Shown here: piece after piece, positions 51,824 through 62,663 of the stretch | Numbering within the stretch: the stretch's first letter is position 1 | Layout of the letters: each line of letters begins with the position of its first letter | Assembly (NCBI GenBank): GCA_963744145.1 | Contig: CAVUSO010000001.1 | Location: forward strand, 3,872,001 to 3,936,000 | Reading direction: 5' to 3' | Length of the DNA: 64,000 bases | Source of the DNA: an uncultured cyanobacterium | Lineage (GTDB): Bacteria > Cyanobacteriota > Cyanobacteriia > Cyanobacteriales > CAWUOF01 | Program-made: the position numbers and the translations under genes | Notes under the pieces: generated by a model | Seen by the model: the letters and a program-made list of their open reading frames with translations, nothing else | The model's database searches: none | What the model was told of the DNA's origin: nothing

Positions 51824-52663
51824 ATGCAACATCAGGTAGAAATAAATGAATATAAACAACAAATAGCCGATATGTATACGCGTCGGAGTGCTACTTATGA
51901 TCAGTCAGATTGGCACCATTCGATCGCTCATCGTCTAGTTGAATATGCTCAAGTTCAACCGCAACAGCAGCTATTAGATATTGCAACAGGAACAGGAATA
52001 GTCGCGATCGCAGCAGCTCAAATTATCGGAAATGAAGGTAAAGTGATCGGGATAGATATATCTCAGGGAATGCTAGAACAAGCTCAACAAAAAGTTGACA
52101 AATTAGGATTAACTAATATTGAATTTCACTTTGCTGATGCTGAAAATTTACCTTTTCCCGAAAACAGCTTTGACTGTATTTTATGTTCCTCTGCTTTTAT
52201 TTGGATGTTTGATTTAGTGGGGGTATTAAAACACTGGTATAGATTTCTGAAACCAGGTGGTTTACTAGGATTTCATGCTTTTGCTGAAACTTCTTTTGTG
52301 AGTGGAACAGTAGCACAAAATATCTTCAAAAAATATGGAATATCTTTGCTATTGAATCAACCAACAGGGACAATAGAAAAATGTCATAATTTACTTCAAA
52401 CTGCTGGATATAGCCAAATTGAAATTAAAACCGAGCAAGAAGGTACTTATCAGAAGTTAGAAAACGTCAAAGATATGTGGTGTGCTAACACAAATTCTTA
52501 TCCATTCCCTGGACAATTTCCCAATCCATTATTACAGATGACACCAGAACAGTTAGCACAAGCAAAAATAGAATTTGATGCTCAAGTAGATCAGTTGGAA
52601 ACCGAACAGGGAGTTTGGAATGATGTGACTATTTTTTATGTATTTGCCCGGAAAAATATCTAA
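51824..52663 (+). CDS. class I SAM-dependent methyltransferase
   Basis: LLDIATGTG, GIDIS, ADAE, LKPGG. Confidence 0.9.
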   Translation: MQHQVEINEYKQQIADMYTRRSATYDQSDWHHSIAHRLVEYAQVQPQQQLLDIATGTGIVAIAAAQIIGNEGKVIGIDISQGMLEQAQQKVDKLGLTNIEFHFADAENLPFPENSFDCILCSSAFIWMFDLVGVLKHWYRFLKPGGLLGFHAFAETSFVSGTVAQNIFKKYGISLLLNQPTGTIEKCHNLLQTAGYSQIEIKTEQEGTYQKLENVKDMWCANTNSYPFPGQFPNPLLQMTPEQLAQAKIEFDAQVDQLETEQGVWNDVTIFYVFARKNI

Positions 52664-52674
52664 TTATTAGTATC

Positions 52675-53949
52675 TTACCACTCTTGCAAGGCGATCGCAA
52701 TCCCCCTGCTTAAATTTGCTGGCAAATTTTCAGTCTTGAGTAAATCTTGCAATTGCTGATATGCTAAGGAAACATCAATTTTTTTCAAAGCTGCGATCGT
52801 GTGTAATCTGACCCGAGCATCTGATGCTCCCAATAACTCAATTAATGATTCTATTCCTCTGGGATCTCCCAACTGTCCTAATCCTAACGCGATCGCTAGC
52901 TGGATCTTGACATCTGGAAGGAGAATAGATCCTGAATTGATAAAATTTAGCAAAATATCGACTATTTTTGGTTGTAAATCTGGTTCGGTCACTCTTCCTA
53001 AAACCGCAATTATTTCCTCACATAAGTTAGGATCTAAAGCAATATCTAAAAATAAAGCTTTTTCTAAATACTCAATTGCTGTTGTTGTTCCCATCCAACC
53101 TAATGTACGGATAGTATCGATTCGTAAAGAATCCGGGGTAGAAGTTGCGATTAATACGTCAAATAATTCTGTAACACTGGAATTTGTTCCGAATCTTCCC
53201 AGTGCGATCGCAGCTTGTTGACAAACTTCTAAATTTAGGTCTTTTAATAACGGTGCAATCTGATTCACTAAATCTAATTCTAATAATAAGTCTTTTCTGA
53301 CACTTAAACCAATAATAGCTTCTTTTCTCACTATTGCCGCAGGATCTTTTAATGCTTCTAATAATCTGGGGGGAATCCGCTGATCTGGAAAACTAGATAG
53401 AGCTTCAATTGCAGTTGCTCGAACTAAATGATGTTGATCTTTAATAATTGTTAATAAGGGTTCAATCGTTTCTGGATGACGAATATGTGCGATCGCTTGG
53501 GTAGCAATTAATCGAGTATCTTCAGATTTTAAGAAATTAACTAGAGGAGAAAGAGCAGTGATCCCAAAATTGGTTAATGTCGTACCTACCATCGTCGCTA
53601 ACTCTTCATTATCATTATTTTTTAACACCTCTACTAAAGCGGTAATTACTGCTGGATCACCAAAGTCCCCTAAAATCCGTACAGCAAACCAACGAGTATC
53701 TAAATCTGCATCTTGATTTTGTAAAACTTCAATTAATGGTGCGATCGCTGTTTTTCCTAAACTCCGAAATATTTTGGCAATTTCCCATTTTTCTTGAAAT
53801 TCTCCTGACTCCAATACTTCCAATGCTAATTTTAAGACTGATGCTAAATCTACCTCGGTGGTCGCGATCGCTTCATCACTGAAATCAAAATGGGACCCGG
53901 AATATTCTTCTGCTTTTTCAAAAAAATTTGACATGATTATCTTTCCCAT
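52675..53949 (-). CDS. HEAT-repeat protein, NirB-like (divergent from nirA)
   Basis: HEAT repeats; position matches cyanobacterial nirB. The naming is inferred from synteny. Confidence 0.75.
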   Translation of the reverse strand: MGKIIMSNFFEKAEEYSGSHFDFSDEAIATTEVDLASVLKLALEVLESGEFQEKWEIAKIFRSLGKTAIAPLIEVLQNQDADLDTRWFAVRILGDFGDPAVITALVEVLKNNDNEELATMVGTTLTNFGITALSPLVNFLKSEDTRLIATQAIAHIRHPETIEPLLTIIKDQHHLVRATAIEALSSFPDQRIPPRLLEALKDPAAIVRKEAIIGLSVRKDLLLELDLVNQIAPLLKDLNLEVCQQAAIALGRFGTNSSVTELFDVLIATSTPDSLRIDTIRTLGWMGTTTAIEYLEKALFLDIALDPNLCEEIIAVLGRVTEPDLQPKIVDILLNFINSGSILLPDVKIQLAIALGLGQLGDPRGIESLIELLGASDARVRLHTIAALKKIDVSLAYQQLQDLLKTENLPANLSRGIAIALQEW

Positions 53950-54030
53950 TACCCTATTTTTCGCTTTTAGATTAATTCTACTTATTTATTAACCAAGTTT
54001 AACTCATCTTCCCATCATCATACCTTGATT

Positions 54031-54045
54031 ATGCACAAACTGCAT
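54031..54045. promoter_or_regulatory. NtcB (LysR) box ATGC-N7-GCAT
   Basis: atgc-acaaact-gcat upstream of the NtcA box of nirA. Confidence 0.8.
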
Positions 54046-54082
54046 CTTTTCTATGCGTTAATATCATTGCTTGAAATTTTTG

Positions 54083-54124
54083 GTAACAACCGATACGAAC
54101 TAATTCGATTTATCTTCTTAAAGT
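54083..54124 (+). promoter_or_regulatory. NtcA-activated class II promoter of nirA
   Basis: GTA-ACAACCGA-TAC (54083-54096), 22-nt spacer, -10 TAAAGT (54119-54124). Confidence 0.88.
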
Positions 54125-54168
54125 ATGTGCATCAGAGTCAAGGTTTAATACATACAGTGGACAAACTG

Positions 54169-55719
54169 ATGACAACAGTAGAGGTATCAAGAACTACCTT
54201 AAATAAGTTTGAAAAATTCAAACAGGAAAAAGATGGATTAGAAGTAAAAACCCAACTAGAAGATTTTGCTCGGATTGGTTGGGAAGCGATCGACGAAACG
54301 GATCGAGATCATCGGTTAAAATGGATGGGGATATTTTTTCGACCCGTAACTCCAGGTAAGTTTATGATGCGGATGCGAATTCCTGGTGGTATCCTTACCA
54401 GTAAGCAAATGCGGGTATTAGCAGAAATCGTCCAACGCTATGGAGATGATGGTAATGCAGATATTACGACTAGACAAAATCTGCAACTACGGGGTATCCG
54501 GATTGAAGATATACCGAATATATTCAATCAGCTTAAACAAGTTGATTTAACTAGTATTCAATCCGGGATGGATAATGTTCGCAATATCACTTGTTCCCCC
54601 GTTACCGGAATTGATCGGGATGAGTTAATTGATACTAGAGAATTAGTTCGTCAAGTCCAAGATAAAATTACTAACCAAGGTGAAGGTAACCGTGCTTTTA
54701 GTAATTTACCCCGCAAATTTAATATTGCGATCGCTGGTTGTCGGGATAACTCAGTCCATGCAGAAATCAATGATATTGCTTTTATACCTGCTTATCAACA
54801 GGAGAAAATTGGGTTTAATGTAATTGTCGGTGGTTTTTTCTCCGCTAAACGTTGTGAAGCAGCAATTCCTTTAAATGTTTGGGTGACACCTGAAGATGTG
54901 GTGGGTTTGTGTGAAGCAATTCTACTTGTTTATCGCGATCATGGGTTACGAGCTAATCGACAAAAATCTCGATTGATGTGGTTAATTGATGAATGGGGGA
55001 TGGAAAAATTCCGAGCTGAAGTGGAAAAACAATTTGGTCATTCCCTTCTAGGAGCAGCACCAAAAGATGAAATTATTTGGGATAAACGTGATCATATTGG
55101 AGTCTATCCTCAAAAACAGTCTGGGTTAAACTATGTGGGGTTAAATATCCCGATCGGTCGTTTATATTCCGGGGATATGTTTGATTTAGCTAATCTAGCT
55201 GAAGTTTATGGGGATGGAGAAATTCGGTTAACTGTCGAGCAAAATGTGATTATTGCTAATATCCCCGATTCCCGTTTAACTGCTTTTTTACAAGAACCTC
55301 TGTTAGAACGGTTTTCTCCTGATCCAGCGATCTTAACGCGATCGCTAGTTTCTTGTACGGGTGCCCAATTTTGCAATTTTGCTTTGATTGAAACTAAGAA
55401 TCGTGCTTTGACTTTAGTGAAAGAATTAGAAGCAGAATTATGCTTTTCTCAACCAGTCCGAATTCACTGGACTGGTTGTCCTAATTCCTGTGGACAACCT
55501 CAAGTTGCTGATATTGGTTTAATGGGTACTAAAACTCGCAAAAATGGCAAAACTGTGGAAGGGGTAGACCTTTATCTTGGGGGAAAAGTTGGTAAAGATG
55601 CTCATTTAGGTACTTGTGTACAAAAAGGTATTCCCTGTGATGATCTGAAACCATTTTTACAGGATTTATTGGTGGAAAAATTTGGGGCTAAGTTACGGTC
55701 AGAAGTTTTGGTTAATTAG
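54169..55719 (+). CDS. nirA: ferredoxin--nitrite reductase
   Basis: LNKFEKFK, TTRQNLQ, NLPRKFN, CTGAQFC and GCPNSCG Fe-S/siroheme ligands. Confidence 0.97.
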   Translation: MTTVEVSRTTLNKFEKFKQEKDGLEVKTQLEDFARIGWEAIDETDRDHRLKWMGIFFRPVTPGKFMMRMRIPGGILTSKQMRVLAEIVQRYGDDGNADITTRQNLQLRGIRIEDIPNIFNQLKQVDLTSIQSGMDNVRNITCSPVTGIDRDELIDTRELVRQVQDKITNQGEGNRAFSNLPRKFNIAIAGCRDNSVHAEINDIAFIPAYQQEKIGFNVIVGGFFSAKRCEAAIPLNVWVTPEDVVGLCEAILLVYRDHGLRANRQKSRLMWLIDEWGMEKFRAEVEKQFGHSLLGAAPKDEIIWDKRDHIGVYPQKQSGLNYVGLNIPIGRLYSGDMFDLANLAEVYGDGEIRLTVEQNVIIANIPDSRLTAFLQEPLLERFSPDPAILTRSLVSCTGAQFCNFALIETKNRALTLVKELEAELCFSQPVRIHWTGCPNSCGQPQVADIGLMGTKTRKNGKTVEGVDLYLGGKVGKDAHLGTCVQKGIPCDDLKPFLQDLLVEKFGAKLRSEVLVN

Positions 55720-56149
55720 GTTCTCTCTAAATTGCTAGGGATATTTAATCTGATCAACAGTAAATAATTAGGTAGAGAAAATATATTTGCTGTTGTAATT
55801 ATTGTCGTTTCCGAATTAAAAGCTTTCCCGAAAAATAGGTGATCTGCGAGGCGGGTTTTAATACCTCGACTACCCTTCGACTTCGCTCAGGGCAAGCGCT
55901 CGGCACAAGGGTTATTTGTGTGTAGCAAATTCATCGGTAACCCTACAGGTGATCAACCAGGAGCTGGGATTGTTTGCTAAAAAGTCGATGAATTTATGGT
56001 GACAATCAACCAGGATTTGTAGGGGCAGGTTCACCAATCAATTCTGATCCAAACAGATCATGGACAGGCAAGATGCCTGTCCCACTTATAAAACTGCCCA
56101 ACCAAACGAGATAACTGACTGTACTGTATTTCATAAAGGAGAAGAGTAG

Positions 56150-57676
56150 ATGTTAAAGGGATTGTTTTCTTTCCAGAGAAGATACCAGATATTACACCTG
56201 AGTTGGTTAGCATTTTTTCTAACTTTTGCTGATTGGTTTAATTTTTCACCATTTGCTAGTACGATCGGGAAAGAGTTAAATTTAGTCGATCCCCAAATTA
56301 AAACTTTGTTGATTTGTAATCTAGCACTGACAATTCCAGCCCGGATTATTATTGGGATGGTGTTAGATCGTTTTGGTCCGCGGATTACCTATTCCGCTTT
56401 ATTAATCTTTTCACTGATCCCTTGTTTAGCAACAGCAATGTCTCAAAGCTTTAATGATTTAGTCATTGCTCGTTTATTAATGGGAATTGTTGGTGCAGGA
56501 TTTGTAGTCGGAATTCGGATGGTATCAGAATGGTTTCCACCGAAAGAAATTGGAATAGCAGAAGGAATCTATGGAGGTTGGGGTAATTTCGGTGCTTTTG
56601 GAGCTGAATTTACCTTACCAATTATTGGTTTATCCACTGCTTTCTTAGCAGGAGGAACAAGTAATTGGCGTTTTGCGATCGCGTTTACGGGAATTATTTC
56701 CGCTATCTACGGATTTATTTACTACCGCAATGCTGAAGATACTCCTCCTGGTAAAACCTACAAAAAACCTCAGCGGAGTGGGGGAATGGAAGTAACCAGT
56801 GTGCGGAGTTTTTATGCTATGAGCATCATGAACTTTGGGTTAATTTTTGCTCTAGGTTTATTAGCATGGAGATTAGCGCAACCCCAAATACATTTCTTCA
56901 GCATAGATCAAATGTTAATAGTTTGGTTACTGTTAGGTTGGTTGTACGGTTATCAAACTTATAAAGCTTGGGAAGTAAATCGAGAACTTCTCGAAGGAAC
57001 AAAAACCTATTCTCCCTCTCAACGCTATCAATTTCGTCAAGTTGCGATCTTACAACTCACTTACGCTGTTACTTTTGGCTCGGAAATTGCCGCAGTTTCC
57101 ATGTTACCTGGATTTTTTGAGAAAACTTTTGGTCTTGATCATCATTTCGCTTCCATGATTGCAGCTTGTTATCCATTTTTTAATCTAGTTTCTCGTCCTA
57201 GTGGTGGCTTAATTTCTGATAAATTTGGTAGTCGGAAATGGACGCTGACAATTATTGCTGCTGGGGTGGGAATTGGTTATTTATTAGCTTACGGAATTAA
57301 GGGAACTTGGGCTTTACCAGCAGCGATCGCTGTGACTATGTTAGCTGCTTATTTTGCTCAAGCTGGTTGTGGTGCTACTTACGGAATTGTACCTTTAATT
57401 AAAAAGGAAATAACTGGACAAATCTCTGGAAATGTTGGTGCTTACGGCAATTTTGGTGGTGTGATTTATCTCACTGTATTTAGTTTTACTGATGCACCAA
57501 CTTTATTTGAAACAATGGGAATAGGTGCTTTAATTTGTGCTTGTATGTGTGCTTTCTTCCTCAAAGAACCAAAAGGTTCCTTTGCTGAACATCATATAGA
57601 AGAAGAAATTACCGATACTCCACTAATTAATCCCGTGACAGTTTTAGCAGGAAATTCGGAATTGGTAGAAGAATAA
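56150..57676 (+). CDS. nrtP: MFS nitrate/nitrite transporter NrtP (NarK family)
   Basis: 12-TM MFS protein, GGWGNFG and GAYGNFGG nitrate signatures, between nirA and narB. Confidence 0.92.
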   Translation: MLKGLFSFQRRYQILHLSWLAFFLTFADWFNFSPFASTIGKELNLVDPQIKTLLICNLALTIPARIIIGMVLDRFGPRITYSALLIFSLIPCLATAMSQSFNDLVIARLLMGIVGAGFVVGIRMVSEWFPPKEIGIAEGIYGGWGNFGAFGAEFTLPIIGLSTAFLAGGTSNWRFAIAFTGIISAIYGFIYYRNAEDTPPGKTYKKPQRSGGMEVTSVRSFYAMSIMNFGLIFALGLLAWRLAQPQIHFFSIDQMLIVWLLLGWLYGYQTYKAWEVNRELLEGTKTYSPSQRYQFRQVAILQLTYAVTFGSEIAAVSMLPGFFEKTFGLDHHFASMIAACYPFFNLVSRPSGGLISDKFGSRKWTLTIIAAGVGIGYLLAYGIKGTWALPAAIAVTMLAAYFAQAGCGATYGIVPLIKKEITGQISGNVGAYGNFGGVIYLTVFSFTDAPTLFETMGIGALICACMCAFFLKEPKGSFAEHHIEEEITDTPLINPVTVLAGNSELVEE

Positions 57677-57734
57677 AAATCCACCAGGGGTATAGCAATA
57701 TACCCCCACTATCATCATTTATTAACGACTAAAT

Positions 57735-59918
57735 ATGACTGATTCAACTCGAACTTTATGTCCTTATTGTGGGGTTGGTTGTGGATTAGAAGTCTCTCCA
57801 CCAGCTCAATTAGGTAAACCAACTAATCGCGATCATCAAGGAACTCCGATTTGGAAAGTAAAGGGCGATCGGGAACATCCTTCTAGTCAAGGATTGGTTT
57901 GTGTTAAAGGAGCAACTGTAACAGAATCTCTCGATCAAGATCGTCTGAAATATCCTATGGTACGCGATAGTTTAGATCAACCATTTCGTCAGACTACTTG
58001 GGATGAAGCATTTAATCTGATTGTTAATCGCATTCAAACTGTCAGATTTAATCAAGGTCCAGATGCTATTTGTATGTATGGTTCTGGTCAATTTCAAACT
58101 GAAGATTATTATGTCGCTCAAAAACTCCTCAAAGGATGTTTAGGTACTAATAATTTTGATGCTAATTCTCGTTTATGTATGTCGAGTGCTGTCTCCGGTT
58201 ATCTCCAAAGTTTTGGGTCTGATGGTCCTCCCTGTTGTTATGATGACTTAGAGTTAACAGATTGTGCTTTTTTAATTGGTACAAATGCGGCTGAATGTCA
58301 TCCAATTATTTATAATCGTTTCCGTAAATATCATAAAAAGAATAAAAATGTCAAAATGATCGTAGTCGATCCCCGTCGAACTCTGACCGCAGCAGATGCA
58401 GATTTACATTTAGCAATTCGTCCTGGTACTGATATTGATTTAATGAATGGAATTGCTCATTTATTAATGCGTTGGGATCATATTGATCATTTATTTATTG
58501 ATGAATGTACTAAGAATTTTCCAGCTTTTACTGAAGTAATTCAATCCTATCCTCCCGAATTAGTAGCTAGACGGTGTGGGATTCGTTTAGATGACTTAGA
58601 ACAAGCAGCAAAATATTGGGCTCAATCTAACGCTGTCTTATCGATGTGGTCGATGGGAGTAAATCAATCTTCCGAAGGAACTGCTAAGGTAAGAAGTATT
58701 ATTAATTTACATTTACTGACAGGTCAAATTGGTAAACCGGGTGCGGGACCATTTTCTTTAACAGGTCAACCAAACGCAATGGGGGGAAGAGAAGCTGGGG
58801 GTTTAGCTCATATTCTACCTGGTTATCGTTTGGTAAAAAATCCTGAACATCGAGCCGAATTAGAACAATTGTGGGGATTACCACCAGGAAGAATTTCTCC
58901 AGAAAGGGGTATGTCTGTTTGGGAAATGATCCGCAGTTTAGAAACTGGAAATGTTGGATTATTCTGGATTGCTGCTACTAATCCAGCTGTCAGTTTACCC
59001 GATCTAGAAAGAACTAAAAAAGCTTTATTGCGATCGCCATTTACTGTTTATCAAGATGCTTATTATCCAACTGAAACTGCTGCTTATGCTCATGTTTTAT
59101 TACCCGCAGCTCAATGGAGTGAAAAAACTGGCACAATGACTAATTCTGAACGTCGAGTGACTCTATGTCCCGCGTTTCGACCAGCTCCAGGAGTAGCAAA
59201 AGCAGACTGGGAAATCTTTGCTGAAGTAGGAGTGAGATTAGGTTTTTCTGAACAATTTAATTTTGCTGATGCTCGAGCAGTTCATGCTGAATTTGTCAAG
59301 TTGACAAAAGGGCGTCCTTGTGATATGTCCGGGATGAGCTATGAGCGTTTCCAACAAGAAGGTCCGTTACAATGGCCTTGTCCCGATTCTGGGATCAATA
59401 AACCAGGACAACCAGCGCGTCTGTATACCGATTTAAAATTCCATACAGCTGATCAATGTGCTTATTTTGCCCCATATCATTCCCACGGATTAATGGAACC
59501 ACCTGATCCAAATTATCCGTTTATCTTAACTAATGGTAGAGTTTACGGACATTGGCACACTCAAACCCGCACCGGTAGAATTGACAAAATTCGTCAGATG
59601 CACCCCCATCCTTTTATTGAGATTCACCCCCGTGATGCTGAAAAATTAGAAATTGGGGAAGAAACTTTAGTCGAAGTGCGATCGCGTCGAGGAATTGCCC
59701 GTTTTCCAGCCAAAATCACTCAAGCGATCGCTCCTGGTACTGTATTTGTCCCGATGCACTGGGGGTCATTATGGGCTGATCAGGCTGAATGTAATAATCT
59801 GACCCATCCTGAATCTTGTCCCGATTCCCTCCAACCGGAATTAAAAGCTTGTGCTGTCCAATTAATTCCTGTAACTATTAAAACTCAGGTTAAGGATTAT
59901 ATGCTTCAGACACATTAG
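57735..59918 (+). CDS. narB: ferredoxin--nitrate reductase
   Basis: CPYCGVGC...[29 protein letters not shown]. Confidence 0.97.
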   Translation: MTDSTRTLCPYCGVGCGLEVSPPAQLGKPTNRDHQGTPIWKVKGDREHPSSQGLVCVKGATVTESLDQDRLKYPMVRDSLDQPFRQTTWDEAFNLIVNRIQTVRFNQGPDAICMYGSGQFQTEDYYVAQKLLKGCLGTNNFDANSRLCMSSAVSGYLQSFGSDGPPCCYDDLELTDCAFLIGTNAAECHPIIYNRFRKYHKKNKNVKMIVVDPRRTLTAADADLHLAIRPGTDIDLMNGIAHLLMRWDHIDHLFIDECTKNFPAFTEVIQSYPPELVARRCGIRLDDLEQAAKYWAQSNAVLSMWSMGVNQSSEGTAKVRSIINLHLLTGQIGKPGAGPFSLTGQPNAMGGREAGGLAHILPGYRLVKNPEHRAELEQLWGLPPGRISPERGMSVWEMIRSLETGNVGLFWIAATNPAVSLPDLERTKKALLRSPFTVYQDAYYPTETAAYAHVLLPAAQWSEKTGTMTNSERRVTLCPAFRPAPGVAKADWEIFAEVGVRLGFSEQFNFADARAVHAEFVKLTKGRPCDMSGMSYERFQQEGPLQWPCPDSGINKPGQPARLYTDLKFHTADQCAYFAPYHSHGLMEPPDPNYPFILTNGRVYGHWHTQTRTGRIDKIRQMHPHPFIEIHPRDAEKLEIGEETLVEVRSRRGIARFPAKITQAIAPGTVFVPMHWGSLWADQAECNNLTHPESCPDSLQPELKACAVQLIPVTIKTQVKDYMLQTH

Positions 59919-60041
59919 ACAAGAAAGCAAAAATAAATAGGACAGGCAAGATGCCTGTCCCACAAAAGTGATTTTTTCTGGTGGGACAGGCATCTTGCCT
60001 GTCAATAAATAGATCAATAAGGACTTTTGCTTTCTTGTCTA
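59916..60041. mobile_element. MITE with 17-bp TIRs enclosing a REP doublet
   Basis: tagacaagaaagcaaaa ... ttttgctttcttgtcta. Confidence 0.7.
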
Positions 60042-60134
60042 TTGATGTTAAACTGTGATCCGTACATGGTAATCATTCCCTTACCTTAGCCAGAGGTGAA
60101 GGAATAAATTACTTACTGAACATCAGTCAAATTT

Positions 60135-60602
60135 ATGTCGTTATGGAAGAAAATATCCAGGGAAATAAATACTGCCTTGAGTGATCATGCCTTTCTCCAT
60201 TATATCAAAAAGTTAGAGGGAATAGTTTCTAAAATTCTCTCTTTGCTGATGATTGTAGTGATTCTAGTTTCGATTTGGAATCTAGCATATTTTCTGTTTG
60301 AAACCTTATTGACTACACCTTTAGATTCCTTTCCGGAAACTTTATTCAAAGTATTCGGACTATTTTTAAACGTTTTGATTGCCCTAGAAATTTTAGAGAA
60401 TATCACAGCTTATTTAAAGAAGCACGTCATTCAGGTGGAATTGGTGATTGTAACTTCTTTAATTGCGGTGTCTCGGAAGATTATTATTTTAGATTTAAAA
60501 AAAATTGATGGTCAAGAAATAATTGGTTTAGGGGTAGCTGTTCTCTCTTTGTCAATTAGCTATTGGATTATTCGTCACTTGAACAGTCAAACTCATGAGT
60601 AA
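60135..60602 (+). CDS. PsiE family membrane protein
   Basis: FGLFLNVLIALEILENI, LIAVSRKIIILD. Confidence 0.88.
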   Translation: MSLWKKISREINTALSDHAFLHYIKKLEGIVSKILSLLMIVVILVSIWNLAYFLFETLLTTPLDSFPETLFKVFGLFLNVLIALEILENITAYLKKHVIQVELVIVTSLIAVSRKIIILDLKKIDGQEIIGLGVAVLSLSISYWIIRHLNSQTHE

Positions 60603-61056
60603 AATGTCTCCATTCTTTGAATTTGAATTAGAATTCGTCGATTCATTACGCTGTATACCTATGCAAGTAAGATTAAAGCTAGATACTTGTGGAGTGAAGT
60701 TAAAGCTAACTCAATGGTCTAAATTTAATCAAGCAGAACGTCAAGAATTAGTAGATCGTCCTTGTGCTACTCCTGAAGAAGTTAAATCCTATCGGGATTG
60801 GTTACAAGCATTAATTTTACAACGAACTGGAGCGATCGCAACTGAGCTAGCGATCGCTTTAAATCCCCCTTGGTTAGATGAAACAATTATCCCGGAAATG
60901 ATTCACCAAAAAGCTACAGAATTGGGGATTAATTTGACCTTAGAACAGTGGCAATCTTTAACTCCTTTACAAAGATTTGCTTTAATTAAACTGAGTCAAT
61001 CTGGACATGAAAACAGCAATTTCTTACCAGCTTTAAAAGAATTTAAAATTGCTTAA
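60595..61056 (+). CDS. narM: nitrate reductase associated protein NarM
   Basis: FVDSLRCIPMQVRLKLDTCGVKLKL, LQRFALIKL, HENSNF. Confidence 0.9.
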   Translation: MSKMSPFFEFELEFVDSLRCIPMQVRLKLDTCGVKLKLTQWSKFNQAERQELVDRPCATPEEVKSYRDWLQALILQRTGAIATELAIALNPPWLDETIIPEMIHQKATELGINLTLEQWQSLTPLQRFALIKLSQSGHENSNFLPALKEFKIA

Positions 61057-61158
61057 TTGTGGATCGCTAATTAACTGAGAAAATCGCGATCACCCTGTGC
61101 CTCAAAATGATACTATACTCTTAAAGAGAATGACAAAACTTAGCTGAAGGAAATTGAT

Positions 61159-61992
61159 ATGGAAAAAAGAAATTATCAGCCACCAGTAGATCAGCTCCTC
61201 AATTACGGTAGCTGTCAGGAAATGGATTATGATGATTGGCCCAATTATTCCGAAGAACTGGGTATTACATCAGAATTTATTCCTGATTTAATTTTAATGG
61301 CTACAGATGAAGCCTTGTTGCACAAAGATGATGAAGACAGTTTGGATATCTGGGCACCAATTCATGCTTGTCGTACATTAGGACAACTTCAAGCTCAAGA
61401 AGCAATTGAACCACTCCTAAAACTATTTGACGAAAGCGATAATGATTGGTTCGGTGAAGACTTACCAAAAATCTACGCGATGATTGGTGTGAATGCGATT
61501 CCAGCTTTGAGCGATTATTTTACGAAAACTGACAACGAAATGGTTGCTCGAGTAACTGCGCTGGATTGCTTGCAACACATAGCACAACTTTATCCCGATC
61601 ACCGTTCCGAGTGTATTGCCATTATCACCCAGGAATTAGAAAAATTTAACGAAAATGATCCAGAATTGAATGCTTTTTTAGTCTCTACATTAACTGATTT
61701 AAAAGTAGTAGAAGCTGCACCACTGATGGAGCGTGTTTTTGCCAGCGATCGCATCGCCACCCTGCTCACCGGAGATTGGGATAATATTCAAGTAGAATTA
61801 GGATTGAAGTCGATTTCAGAATTACCTCCAAGAAAATCTTATCTATCTGAACTTTTCACAGAACTATCAAGCACTCCTTCCATAGAAGAAATCTCTAGAG
61901 AACCTGTCTCACGTCGTTCAGCGAAACAAAAAACTAAAGCCAAACGAAAACAAGCGGCTCAATCTCGCAAGAAAAACCGGAAGAAAAAGTAA
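61159..61992 (+). CDS. DUF1186/HEAT-like protein with basic tail
   Basis: WAPIHA-RTLGQL, ELNAFLV, tail KAKRKQAAQSRKKNRKKK. Confidence 0.75.
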   Translation: MEKRNYQPPVDQLLNYGSCQEMDYDDWPNYSEELGITSEFIPDLILMATDEALLHKDDEDSLDIWAPIHACRTLGQLQAQEAIEPLLKLFDESDNDWFGEDLPKIYAMIGVNAIPALSDYFTKTDNEMVARVTALDCLQHIAQLYPDHRSECIAIITQELEKFNENDPELNAFLVSTLTDLKVVEAAPLMERVFASDRIATLLTGDWDNIQVELGLKSISELPPRKSYLSELFTELSSTPSIEEISREPVSRRSAKQKTKAKRKQAAQSRKKNRKKK

Positions 61993-62117
61993 TTTAGTAT
62001 GGCTCTGGTTTAAATTGAACGATCTGACAAGAGCGATCACACTAAGCAACCACCCACACCACTAGCAACAGTAATTGCTAGTAAGTATGGCATTTAAAAT
62101 AACTTTGGTTAAAATCT

Positions 62118-62663
62118 ATGATAGACGCAATTCCATCTCAACAAAAAATTCTGGAGCATCTGCAATCTCTTTTTCAAGAGTCAGGACAGGAAACCCTCTT
62201 AGGACATCCTAGTGATCATCCAGCGATCGATATTCTGGCTGTACGTTTTGATTCTATTGGTGGGAAAGATATTTGTTTGGATTTGAATATTAATTTCATC
62301 CCCTTAGATGAGCTTTCTCCCTTCTACCTCTTACAATTCTTCCTGATTGTCAGTGATCACATTGTCCCTGAAGCAGCCCAGGAATTATATATTTTAATCA
62401 ATGCAATTAGTGAGAAAATTCCGATTGGGGCATTTGGTTATTTACCCGATCGGCAAGTTTGCTATTTCAAACACAACTACATGATACCTACAAATTTTGA
62501 AGAAAATATTGGCTTATATTTAAGCATGATTCACCATCAATGTACCTTATTGAGCGGAATCCTTAATAATTTTGCTGATTCTATCCTAGCTGTTGTTGAG
62601 CAAAAATTAACGGCTCAGGAAGCATTACAGTCGAGTCAATTGGCTCAATTTTTTAGCAACTAA
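62118..62663 (+). CDS. hypothetical protein (possible YbjN/chaperone-like fold)
   Basis: 181-aa ORF; INAISEKIPIGAFG motif. The fold is a guess. Confidence 0.65.
   Translation: MIDAIPSQQKILEHLQSLFQESGQETLLGHPSDHPAIDILAVRFDSIGGKDICLDLNINFIPLDELSPFYLLQFFLIVSDHIVPEAAQELYILINAISEKIPIGAFGYLPDRQVCYFKHNYMIPTNFEENIGLYLSMIHHQCTLLSGILNNFADSILAVVEQKLTAQEALQSSQLAQFFSN

Noticed and set aside
54025..54168. N-terminal extension of NirA from TTG 54025
   Set aside because: It overlaps the NtcB and NtcA boxes and the -10; ATG 54169 fits the usual NirA start
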